Source: Vulcanimicrobiota bacterium
GTDB taxonomy: Bacteria > Vulcanimicrobiota > Xenobia > Xenobiales > JADMJV01
Reading direction: 5' to 3'
Length of the DNA: 55,673 nucleotides
Assembly: GCA_050486105.1 (NCBI GenBank)
Contig: JBJHCR010000004.1
Span: forward strand, 1 to 55,673
Shown here: piece after piece, positions 46,701-54,928 of the stretch
Layout of the letters: each line of letters begins with the position of its first letter
Numbering within the stretch: the stretch's first letter is position 1
Made by a program: the position numbers and the translations under genes
Notes under the pieces: generated by a model
Told to the model about the DNA's origin: nothing
Database searches by the model: none
The model's input: the letters and a program-made list of their open reading frames with translations, nothing else

Positions 46701-49700
46701 TCCGAGCACAGCCGGTGTCGGGGAGGGTGGCATGGGTCTTCCCCGGGTCGGGAAATCACTATCTGGGCATGGGCCGTCAACTTTCCCTGCTCTTTCCCGA
46801 AGTGGCCGAAGAGATCTGCTCCGAGGCCGAGCTCAGCTATCAGCACTACACTCCTTGGCTCCATTACCCGTGTCATACCGACCGAAGTGAGGGTTGGGAG
46901 CAGAGGGCGTTAGCCCGCATAGACAACGATCCCTTGGCCCCCATCTTCGGTCAAGTGACCTTTGGCATCTTGGCAGGACGAATTTTGCAGCGATTTTTGT
47001 CTAAGCCTCAAGCAGCGATTGGCTACTCTCTAGGGGAAACCTCAGCTCTCTTCACTCTGGGAGCTTGGACCGAACGAGATGAGATGTTTCAGCGGACCCA
47101 TGCTTCTCCGCTTTTTCATCAGCAGCTTAGAGGCTCGTTTCAGACGGCGCGAGCCGTCTTGGGTCTCGATGCTCAACAGCCGTTCGTCTGGCGGGTGGCA
47201 GTTCTCAATCGGTCCCAGTCCGAAGTGGAATCCAAGATTCGAGAGTTGGGGCAAGCGGATCTCTTCTTGCTCATTGTCAACACTCCAACGGAGTGTGTGG
47301 TTGGCGGGGGAGCGGCGGCGGTCCAAGATTTGGCTCAGGCCTTGGGTTGCGAAGCTTTCCTCCTAGACGGAGTCCCCACGGTCCATTGCCCGCTCATGCA
47401 TCCCGTCATCGAGAGCTACCGCGACCTCCATCGTTTAACCACCACCCCCCCGGAAGGGATAGATTTCTACAACGGGCATCGAGCTTGCATGTATCGGCCG
47501 GACAAGGAGTCTGCCGCTGAATCGATCACCGAAAATGCTCGCTTCGGCTTCGATTTTTCCAGGGTGATAGAAGCGGCCTACAATGACGGAGTCCGCACCT
47601 TTGTGGAGGTCGGTCCGGGGGGGTCTTGTGCTCGAATGGTGCGGAGTACCCTTGGTGACCGAGAGCATTGGGCTCGGTCGCTTTCCCTACCCAAAGAAGG
47701 TAGTGAGGCTCTCAACCTTCTCAAGTTCTTGGCCGGGGCATACGTAGCGGGTCTTGAGGTTGATCTTCAATGCCTCTACCGTGGAGACAGAGCAGACGCA
47801 AGTCATGGACGAACTCGGTTGACTGTGCAAACTGGAGTCACTCTACCGCGACGACTGAGCCCTCCGGTACCATGGCTGTCCGCTTCCCCTGGGCCGCTGA
47901 CCCCACCGGCCCAGAGACCTCCAGCAGAGATTCGAGAGACTTCGAAGGTCGAGGCTCGGGTTCTAGATAGCCCTTCGTCGAAGGCTCCCGCTCCCACCAA
48001 TCTTCGCTATCCCAGAGCCTTGGTCTGGCAGCCTAAGACCGCTGCCTCAACTTCATCTTTAACCAGAAACGGACGGAAATCCATGTCTTCACAGCAACCC
48101 ATCTACAGCGAACTGACTCCGGTGATCGGGCTGCACCCCGATTATCAAGGCGACCCGAGTGCACATCTGGCGGCCTCCATCGTTGAGAGTTCAAGGCAGA
48201 CGGCTCAGGCTCACGAGGCCTATCTGGCTTTGATGGAGAGCACTCGTCTCCAGATGGAGCGATTGCTGCAATTCGGTGTTGGGGACGAGTCCCTCCCCCT
48301 TGCCGAGCCTTGGCCTTGGGCCAGGATCGATCCCACCTCGGCAAATCCCCTGATGCGGGGAGAGCGACCTGCTAGAGCGGCTTTAGCCTTCGACCGAGAC
48401 CAATGCATGGAGTTTGCCGTCGGCTCCATCGCTAAGGTTCTTGGCCCTAAGTTTGCAACCGTTGATGGTCATTCGGTGAGAGTGCGCTTGCCTGACGAAC
48501 CCCTCATGCTTTGCGATCGAATTCTTTCCATTGAAGGAGAACCCGGTTCCTTAGGGGCCGGGAGACTAGTCACCGAGCATGACGTCTTCCCGGAGGCCTG
48601 GTACCTCGACCACGACCGCGCTCCTGTCTGCATTTCGGTGGAGGCCGGCCAGGCCGATCTCTTCTTGTGTTCCTATCTGGGAATAGATTTGGCCACAGGA
48701 GGAGACCGGGCTTATCGTCTGCTGGATGCCACCGTCACTTTCCATAGAGGTCTGCCCCAGCCCGGTGAAGTGATCGTCTACGACATTCGAATCAGCCGGT
48801 TTGTCAATCAGGGTGAAGTCTTTCTGTTTTTCTTTGAGTTCGACGGGACCATCGATGGGAAACCTTTGATCACCATGAGGAATGGCTGTGCGGGTTTTCA
48901 TACCTATGAGGAGATCGCCGCCTCAGGAGGCATCGTTTTAACCAAGATGGAGAAAACCCCGGCTCCCGGCAGATGCCCGCAAGGCTGGGTGCCGCTTTCG
49001 CCCTTCCCCTCCGGGTTGAATGTCGATGAGTCCTACAACGACCAGCAGGTGCAGGCTTTCCGAGATCGCGATCTGGTGGGCTGTTTTGGACGGGGGTTTG
49101 CCGGTCTCCCGCTGACTCGACCTTACGGCTTGCCTTCAGGGCGTATGAAACTTTTCGATCGGGTGCTGAGCTTGCAGCCTGCGGGAGGACGTTTTGGACT
49201 GGGTCGGGTCGAGGCCGAGGCGGACATTCATCCCGATGATTGGTTCTTGACCTGCCATTTCAAGGACGACATGGTCATGCCTGGAACCTTGATGTACGAA
49301 TGTTGCGCTCATAGCTTGAGATTTCTCTTAGCTCGCTTGGGTTGGATGACCGAAGAGTCTGAGGTGGCTTTCGAACCTCGCTTGGGGGTACCGGCGGAGT
49401 TGAAGTGCCGGGGGCCGGTGGACGTCCACACCAAGAAGGTCTTGTATCAGGTGGATATCAAAGAGATCGGTTACGATCCCGAACCTTACGTCATTGCTGA
49501 TGCCTTAATGTATGGGGATGGAAAAGCCATCGTGAGGTTCGTCAATATGTCCTTGCGCCTCACCGGAGTCACTCAGCAGCGCTTGGAGGAGATCTGGCAG
49601 GCACAAGAGCCAGGTGGAACAGAGGTCGAGATGATGAACACTCAGGCTCAGTCACCAGTTCAGGTCCTCTACGACAAGGAGAGCATCATGCAGTTCTCCA

Positions 49701-50806
49701 ACGGTCGACCATCCCTGGCGTTCGGTCCAGAGTACGAAGTGTTCGATTCTCAGCGAAAGATCGCTCGCTTGCCCGGTCCTCCGTACCAGTTTATGGACCG
49801 GATTGTAGAAGTGAATCAACCGAAATTTGTACTCCAGGCGGGGGATTGGATCGAGGCTCAATATGACGTGCCACCGGATGCCTGGTACTTCGGAGCCAAC
49901 CGCCAGGATTCCATGGCCTACTGTATATTGCTCGAGGCTGCCCTTCAGCCTTGTGGCTGGTTGGCCGCCTATTGCGGCTCGGCCTTGCGTTCAAGTTCTG
50001 ATCTGAAATTCCGAAATCTCGGGGGAACGGCGACCTTATATAGAGATCTCTTTCCCGACATTGGCACTATCAGGATGCGAGTTCGGATGACCGAAGTGTC
50101 TGAAGCCGGTGGTATGATCATTGAGAACTTTGATATGGAAGTCTACGCGGGTGAGGATTTGCTCTATCGCGGCACCACCTACTTTGGCTTCTTCTCAGCT
50201 GCAGCCTTGGCAAAGCAAGTCGGGGTCAGGGACGCTTCTCAGCGGACCTATCATTTGACCGAAGATGAGAAACGACGGGTGGGGAGTCCCATCCTGCTCG
50301 AGCGAGTTCATCCGCTGTCACCAGAAGACCCCGCTATCACGACCAGCCTTCCTGGAAATATGCCAGGAAAGGCGCTCCTGATGATGGATCAGGTGGACAT
50401 CTATCTTCCTAAGAGCGGAAGCCAGGGTTTGGGGTTTATCCAGGGCAGTAAGACTGTAGACCCTGACGAGTGGTTCTTCAAGGCGCATTTTTATGAAGAC
50501 CCGGTCTGGCCGGGCTCGCTCGGTCTGGAGGCCTTCTTGCAACTCCTGCGCTATGCTATGCTGCAGACTTGGCCTGAGCTTGCTGAAACTCACCGTTTCG
50601 AGCCCATAGCCTTGGGTGAGGAGCACACCTGGGCTTATCGGGGACAGGTGATCCCGACCAATAGACACGTGGTGGTGGATGTCGATGTCACTAGGCGTGA
50701 GGATGGAGATCGTCCCTTGCTCCAGGGGAGAGGTTTCCTAAGAGTCGATAGTACACCAATCTATGAGATGACCGATTTCGCCCTGAGGATGGTACCAGTG
50801 GGGTAG
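43712..50806 (+). CDS. pfaBC: PUFA synthase PfaB/C fusion: KS-CLF-AT-(pseudoDH-DH)x2
   Basis: KS DAACASS/ECHGTGT/IGHLL; second KS-like domain without the catalytic Cys motif (SCGELS); AT GYSLG; FabA-type DH motifs CHFKDDMVMPG and AHFYEDPVWPG; TTG start. Confidence 0.93.
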   Translation: MNQRYSVAVVGLGGVFPAAPNVDAYWENILGRRDACREIGEGRWPDRPDWYSARGSADRVASLRACLLEAVPEPKSGDPQGLKLDDLSKLSLVAAEMALEDASAPIRSKERVATIMASIALPTAESSRLSEEIFLGQLAAGLTPRPESPSLTVDPSWREVTGRAAQVIARSLGFGGFTLTLDAACASSLYAVKLACDALVDGRVDAVLAGGVNRADSLYTQAGFTALGALSPTGRCSPFDARGTGLVVGEGAGVLLLKRFSDAVQDGDRIYAVIQGIGLSNDIGGSLLAPDSEGQLRALQLAYAQAGWSPEEVRLVECHGTGTPMGDKTEFRSLTDFWPAEVPQRTVLGSVKSQIGHLLTGAGAAGLIKVIKAIHHGILPPMINFESPAPGIDLQKSAFEILDQPREWTGDTVRRGGVSAFGFGGINGHVLLEAPHKPTSLTPSPSKPRVNPEEVVVTGLAVHLGQEHDLERIMVDLFWDHSSVGPRPQGRWPNELAGESGPLQELSEIWGLFLSELEVEVGQFRVPPRDLPEILLQQSLLLAVAGRAVGMSSLGDKARCRRSGALIGVNLDLETTNYHLRWALNRMLGKLGVDPEAFDEPTRERLRDSLSRVLDSTRTLGALGSIVASRAAREFSLGGPSYAISCGELSGVRAFEVAYRAISHGEMDSCLVGAIDLAGDPRAVWSEDGQTPFIRGTCARPFDQDGVGPTISEGAVVLILKSRSAAEADGDKILAVVEDLQAAGGVGGLRSVLQGSAQAMADRGEGQDRIGYVEILSRGEEVSDSRFLKLWDEIFPGAQDRHFPHVALGSAVGSLGFPGAASGLLAVTRAVVALSGKVIPALTGCRTPLPTSEHLYFPREPHFWWNDREAGPRRALAVGEGRGGDAFSLKLREAAKNFSVEPGDLAPPRWKLLEAQLFLVHKGQEGRLSELAAEGHELPELARQWWQVQRHSKDAQGDTRGALVCRSVEELRKGLEILKERFRTGGQPLDGPAGVFFRAQPVSGRVAWVFPGSGNHYLGMGRQLSLLFPEVAEEICSEAELSYQHYTPWLHYPCHTDRSEGWEQRALARIDNDPLAPIFGQVTFGILAGRILQRFLSKPQAAIGYSLGETSALFTLGAWTERDEMFQRTHASPLFHQQLRGSFQTARAVLGLDAQQPFVWRVAVLNRSQSEVESKIRELGQADLFLLIVNTPTECVVGGGAAAVQDLAQALGCEAFLLDGVPTVHCPLMHPVIESYRDLHRLTTTPPEGIDFYNGHRACMYRPDKESAAESITENARFGFDFSRVIEAAYNDGVRTFVEVGPGGSCARMVRSTLGDREHWARSLSLPKEGSEALNLLKFLAGAYVAGLEVDLQCLYRGDRADASHGRTRLTVQTGVTLPRRLSPPVPWLSASPGPLTPPAQRPPAEIRETSKVEARVLDSPSSKAPAPTNLRYPRALVWQPKTAASTSSLTRNGRKSMSSQQPIYSELTPVIGLHPDYQGDPSAHLAASIVESSRQTAQAHEAYLALMESTRLQMERLLQFGVGDESLPLAEPWPWARIDPTSANPLMRGERPARAALAFDRDQCMEFAVGSIAKVLGPKFATVDGHSVRVRLPDEPLMLCDRILSIEGEPGSLGAGRLVTEHDVFPEAWYLDHDRAPVCISVEAGQADLFLCSYLGIDLATGGDRAYRLLDATVTFHRGLPQPGEVIVYDIRISRFVNQGEVFLFFFEFDGTIDGKPLITMRNGCAGFHTYEEIAASGGIVLTKMEKTPAPGRCPQGWVPLSPFPSGLNVDESYNDQQVQAFRDRDLVGCFGRGFAGLPLTRPYGLPSGRMKLFDRVLSLQPAGGRFGLGRVEAEADIHPDDWFLTCHFKDDMVMPGTLMYECCAHSLRFLLARLGWMTEESEVAFEPRLGVPAELKCRGPVDVHTKKVLYQVDIKEIGYDPEPYVIADALMYGDGKAIVRFVNMSLRLTGVTQQRLEEIWQAQEPGGTEVEMMNTQAQSPVQVLYDKESIMQFSNGRPSLAFGPEYEVFDSQRKIARLPGPPYQFMDRIVEVNQPKFVLQAGDWIEAQYDVPPDAWYFGANRQDSMAYCILLEAALQPCGWLAAYCGSALRSSSDLKFRNLGGTATLYRDLFPDIGTIRMRVRMTEVSEAGGMIIENFDMEVYAGEDLLYRGTTYFGFFSAAALAKQVGVRDASQRTYHLTEDEKRRVGSPILLERVHPLSPEDPAITTSLPGNMPGKALLMMDQVDIYLPKSGSQGLGFIQGSKTVDPDEWFFKAHFYEDPVWPGSLGLEAFLQLLRYAMLQTWPELAETHRFEPIALGEEHTWAYRGQVIPTNRHVVVDVDVTRREDGDRPLLQGRGFLRVDSTPIYEMTDFALRMVPVG

Positions 50807-50981
50807 CCTCCAAGCCGAAACCCAGGGATTTCTCCTCTACGGAGAGAACGGGCAAGCTATCCTAAAGGAGTTGCACGTGGAGACTTGAGGGAGATTTGTA
50901 CCTTTTGAAGTCAAGCATGCTGGGATGGTGTGAGGAGTTAATCAGTATTTTGATTTTGGGCTGTCTTGAAGGGGAAGAGCG

Positions 50982-53900
50982 TTGTCTGCAACCGAAACCT
51001 TAACCGCGAAAGAGCTTGGAGTGCCAAACCTTCCCACTGGCGCTCCTTCTCATCTTGAGCATCTCTTGGATGAGCTGAACGAGTCTCTAGAACTCGATGC
51101 TCCCGGCACTTCCCTGAGGGTTCTACGCAGGACTTTCAATTTTCTGGCCTCCTACTTCGCCGACTTGGTGGAGGGTGTGAGTTCGGTATTCGGTGAACTC
51201 AACTTCCAGTTCACGAGACCCGGTGACGCCGATGAAGCTGTGATCGTCATTCAGAAAGGCTTGGCCTTTCTGCAATCGGACGCGCCCCAAGAGTTGCCGG
51301 AGGTTCGGGCCCTAGTCGATACCTTTTATGAGAATGGCAGTCCCAAGAAGTTTGCACGCATCGTTGGGGTGGGCGGTAAACCGCGTCGTGGGACTATGCC
51401 TCTCGAGAAGTTCGTTTCCGCTCCAATACCGGTTCGCAAGAAATGTGTTCTTGAGGTCAAGGCCCACATTCCCTACTTGAGAGAGTGGCTCGAGGCTGCT
51501 TCGAGCCTCTTCGCTAACGCAGGTATTGTTTCAGAACGAACTTCCCTGGAAGGGAAGCAGATCATCAAGGTGCAGATCGGCAACCAATTGGTCGAAGCAG
51601 GCAAGAGAATCGAAGTCAGCGCCTGTCCTCTTTGCATTCCTGAAAAGGAGATAGACGTCCCGCTTTCCCTATACGACCGCTCTGTGTTTTTCTTTGTCCC
51701 TCAGAAGGCGCCTAGGTTTCTGACGGAGATTCTCGATCGCCTCGGCGAGGCCATGGAAAAAGCGGATCCTGTCGCCGGGTGTCTGGAATTGCGAAATGCT
51801 CTGGAGTTCTTGATTCGATACTTCGCTGGCGTTTCGTCTAAAGTATGCGACGAACTCGATAGCCTTCCTGAGTCGGCAGAGGCTTTGTTGGAGCAGAGCC
51901 AGTCTATCACGGCTTCTGAGCAATTGCTCAATAACTGCCTCGAGATACTGCAAAAGAAGCCAGACTTTCTGGCCGCCAAGACCATCACCTCAATCTTTTT
52001 TCGCAGGAATGAGCTTTTCGAATATGTCCCTCGATGGCACACCGAGATCCTTTCCTTGAACGGACAGCTTTCCGCCTGGTGTCAACTTGAGCCTGGGTAT
52101 GGCGAACTCGAAGACCCGGAAGTGTGCAAAGTTGAATTCGAAAAACATGTAACCACTCTTCGAGAATGGTTGGTGGCCCTTGGCAGTTATCTTCAGAGCA
52201 CCGAACACTTCTTTCAAGAAGTCAAACGAGACGGGAAAGTCGAGTTCAGTTTGAGGATCGGTGACAGGTTCCTCGAAGTCACCGAACCGGGGTATGTCCT
52301 TTGGGTCAATAATCCGCGCCCGGAAGGGGAAGTCGTCCATTCGGAGGCGGGAAGCGAGACGAAGCCTCTCATTCGAGAGTCGGTGGACATCCCCAAAGGT
52401 ACTCCAGTGGTCTTGAGCCGGATATTGACCAGGATGGATCTTTATCTGAGACTAGGGGATCCCATCGAGTCGTGCGTCTCGCTTCGCGATGCTTTGGATT
52501 ACCTCACCAGATATTTTGCGGGCCTTGCCGCTGCTGCTTTTCGACAGTTGGGCTCCCTGCCAGTTGAAGCCGAACAGTTAGCCCAGCAGAGTTTGTCTAT
52601 TCATGATTGCGAGAGACTTCTCATACTTTCCCTGCGTTCCATCGGCCATGAGTCGGACGAGAAACTCGGACTGGCCGTGCGCAACGTGTTCTACTATGTC
52701 GATGAGTTTTCAAAGCAGGAGAAGCCGACGGGGTCTCACGCTCGGCTGCTGGCTTTCGATGCCGACCCCACCAGCAAGATGCAGAATCTAGCCGATTTCT
52801 GTGCCTTGAAGCCAGGCGAAGGGGCTCTGTCTCATCCGGCTCGCTCAAAGCGGGAATTGGAACGATTTCTTCCTACTCTTCGGGATTGGTTGGCTATGGC
52901 TGAACCATTCTTCAGAGACGCCACTCATCACGAAGAGCCTCCCGATGAAGAGGGCAAAACTGAGCTCGTGGTCGAGTACGGAGACTACTATCTGGAGTTG
53001 GTCGAACCCGACTATGTTTTCTATATTCGACCCGGGGCCGACGAGATTCCGGATGTTGAGGCTCCAGAACTTCCCTCTCCTGATTCGCTGCTAGACGAGG
53101 ATCTGGTCGATGAACCGGTCCATAGAAAGAGTCCCGAGGAAGCTGCTCGAGAGCGTCCGTTTCTGGTGCACCGCGTGGACCTGATAGGAGAACGTCAGAA
53201 CTCTCGAGGGGTCAAGTGTCAGGCGGGCTATATCATCTTAACCAACGCGGGAGGAGGGACCCTTTCAGGGAACGCCGTCACTACCGACGACTCTCTCGAG
53301 GTGGAACCTGCGCGCTTTCGAGGCAACAAAGTTCAACTCTCCTACTGGGTTGACACCGAATCTTTGCCCGACAACTTCGAAGTTTTCATTCTCCTGAAGA
53401 CAGCCCAAGAAGAGCGCTCCATCTCGGTCTACGAGATGATCGGGCAGGCTAAGGCTTCACCCATCACTCCCGGTTTTGCCATGTTCAAGATGGTGGCTTC
53501 TGTCGTTTTTTGGATAGGCGCCTTTATTTCCGTTTTCCACGGGGTGACCGCCTATGTGGACGGTCGTATGCTCGAAACTGTCGGACGCGGCTACCATACC
53601 CTAAAACTTTTCCAGGACGCTCCAGAGGCCATCAGCGCGGTCATGTATTGGACTCTGTCAGTGGGCTATTTTTATCTTTTTCTGGCTGGCATAGTTCCGG
53701 TGATCATCGCCAGAATGTTCAGGAAGTTTCCGCCCAATATCCAAGCCCTCTTGGAAGGGCGTCGGCGTCTGTTGATGGTCAGCCCTTGTTGGGTGATCAT
53801 ACCCCTCATTTTTACCCCGGTTCTCAGCAATCAGTTGACCGCGGCCTCGTCGCAGTTCTTGGGTTTTGACCTTTACGGAATGTTGATCTACTTTATCGGA

Positions 53901-54047
53901 CTCAACCTCCTGTCGACCCTGTATCAGGAATTGTCGATCACCGAACGCCTCGACGATTGGATTCTCGACCCCGCGGTACGAACGGGTGTCAGTTGGGTTG
54001 CCTGGTTTGTTTTTCTGACGACAGTGCTTTTGGGGGTCTCAACGTGA
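50982..54047 (+). CDS. Hypothetical membrane protein: three ~225-aa internal repeats, BACON-like domain, C-terminal TM helices
   Basis: Repeated LRxxxxxLxxYFA and LRxWL motifs; ILTNAGGGTLSG...VEPARFRGN...VDT; hydrophobic C-terminus; GTGA overlap with oleB. Confidence 0.75.
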   Translation: MSATETLTAKELGVPNLPTGAPSHLEHLLDELNESLELDAPGTSLRVLRRTFNFLASYFADLVEGVSSVFGELNFQFTRPGDADEAVIVIQKGLAFLQSDAPQELPEVRALVDTFYENGSPKKFARIVGVGGKPRRGTMPLEKFVSAPIPVRKKCVLEVKAHIPYLREWLEAASSLFANAGIVSERTSLEGKQIIKVQIGNQLVEAGKRIEVSACPLCIPEKEIDVPLSLYDRSVFFFVPQKAPRFLTEILDRLGEAMEKADPVAGCLELRNALEFLIRYFAGVSSKVCDELDSLPESAEALLEQSQSITASEQLLNNCLEILQKKPDFLAAKTITSIFFRRNELFEYVPRWHTEILSLNGQLSAWCQLEPGYGELEDPEVCKVEFEKHVTTLREWLVALGSYLQSTEHFFQEVKRDGKVEFSLRIGDRFLEVTEPGYVLWVNNPRPEGEVVHSEAGSETKPLIRESVDIPKGTPVVLSRILTRMDLYLRLGDPIESCVSLRDALDYLTRYFAGLAAAAFRQLGSLPVEAEQLAQQSLSIHDCERLLILSLRSIGHESDEKLGLAVRNVFYYVDEFSKQEKPTGSHARLLAFDADPTSKMQNLADFCALKPGEGALSHPARSKRELERFLPTLRDWLAMAEPFFRDATHHEEPPDEEGKTELVVEYGDYYLELVEPDYVFYIRPGADEIPDVEAPELPSPDSLLDEDLVDEPVHRKSPEEAARERPFLVHRVDLIGERQNSRGVKCQAGYIILTNAGGGTLSGNAVTTDDSLEVEPARFRGNKVQLSYWVDTESLPDNFEVFILLKTAQEERSISVYEMIGQAKASPITPGFAMFKMVASVVFWIGAFISVFHGVTAYVDGRMLETVGRGYHTLKLFQDAPEAISAVMYWTLSVGYFYLFLAGIVPVIIARMFRKFPPNIQALLEGRRRLLMVSPCWVIIPLIFTPVLSNQLTAASSQFLGFDLYGMLIYFIGLNLLSTLYQELSITERLDDWILDPAVRTGVSWVAWFVFLTTVLLGVST

Positions 54048-54928
54048 ACACAAACCTGTCCTTGCCTCCAAAGCTTCAGGACGAGTTTCCGTTCCAGTCG
54101 CGTTTTTTTAGGACCTCGTCGGGTTTTTCTATGCATTACGTGGACGAGGGAAGCGGCGACCCCTTCCTTTTTGTTCACGGCAACCCGACTTGGTCATTCA
54201 CTTTTCGAGCTCTCATCGGTCACTTTCGCTCCGGAATGAGAACGGTGGCCTGCGACCACATCGGCTGTGGGCTTTCCGATAAGCCCCAGGATTTCGAGTA
54301 TCGCCTGGAACAGCACATCGCTCACTTGGAGGAACTGGTCCTTGACCTCGACCTCCAGGGGATACGTCTGCTGGTTCACGACTGGGGAGGGGCCATAGGA
54401 TTGGGAGTGGCCGGTCGGCACCCCGAACGTTTCAAGCAACTCATCATGACCAACACGGCGGCTTTTCGGTCCAGCCACATGCCTTGGCTGCTTCGGGTAG
54501 CCAAGACGCCTCATCTCGGCCAGCTCATGATTCGTGGATTCAACGCGTTTGCCGGGTTGACTCCGGTTCTCGGAGCCGCTGAGCCGAAACGTCTGAGCGA
54601 AGTTGCCCGAATGGGTTTGATTTTTCCTTATGATTCCTGGTCCTCAAGAATTGCCACCTATCGGTTCGTTGCCGATATCCCGACCTTGGAGACCCACCCG
54701 AGCTTTTCTACCTTGCAAGGGGTGGAAGACGGTCTCTCACGGCTGACGTCGCTTCCGACTTTGCTTCTCTGGGGGGAGCAGGATTGGGTTTTTACCCCCC
54801 ACTTCTTGCGTCGTTTTCTCGACTTTTTCCCTGGCGCCGAGGCGCGCAGCTACCCAGATTGCGGGCATTTGCTGATGGAAGAGGCGCCAGAGAGAATGAT
54901 CGCCGAGATCGAGGCCGTATTCTCTTGA
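54044..54928 (+). CDS. oleB: OleB beta-lactone decarboxylase (haloalkane-dehalogenase-like alpha/beta hydrolase)
   Basis: MHYVDEG, VHGNPTWSF, DHIGCGLSDKP, VHDWGGAIG, NTAAF, RFVADIP; directly overlaps oleC. Confidence 0.87.
   Translation: MNTNLSLPPKLQDEFPFQSRFFRTSSGFSMHYVDEGSGDPFLFVHGNPTWSFTFRALIGHFRSGMRTVACDHIGCGLSDKPQDFEYRLEQHIAHLEELVLDLDLQGIRLLVHDWGGAIGLGVAGRHPERFKQLIMTNTAAFRSSHMPWLLRVAKTPHLGQLMIRGFNAFAGLTPVLGAAEPKRLSEVARMGLIFPYDSWSSRIATYRFVADIPTLETHPSFSTLQGVEDGLSRLTSLPTLLLWGEQDWVFTPHFLRRFLDFFPGAEARSYPDCGHLLMEEAPERMIAEIEAVFS

Noticed and set aside
48070-49640. Internal starts in pfaBC (ATG near 48083 and 49631) as separate genes
   Set aside because: The frame is open throughout and the SD-like sequences are weak; fused KS-CLF-AT-DH architecture is established for this synthase type.
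50811-50875. c-di-GMP-I riboswitch (loose similarity in GCAAGCTAT...CCTAAAGG...GTTGC)
   Set aside because: Lacks the GNRA-capped P2 stem and the ACGCAAA junction; kept only as a generic structure candidate.
54044-54928. Haloalkane dehalogenase
   Set aside because: Same fold, but the direct overlap with an OleC-type ligase and the pfa context point to OleB.
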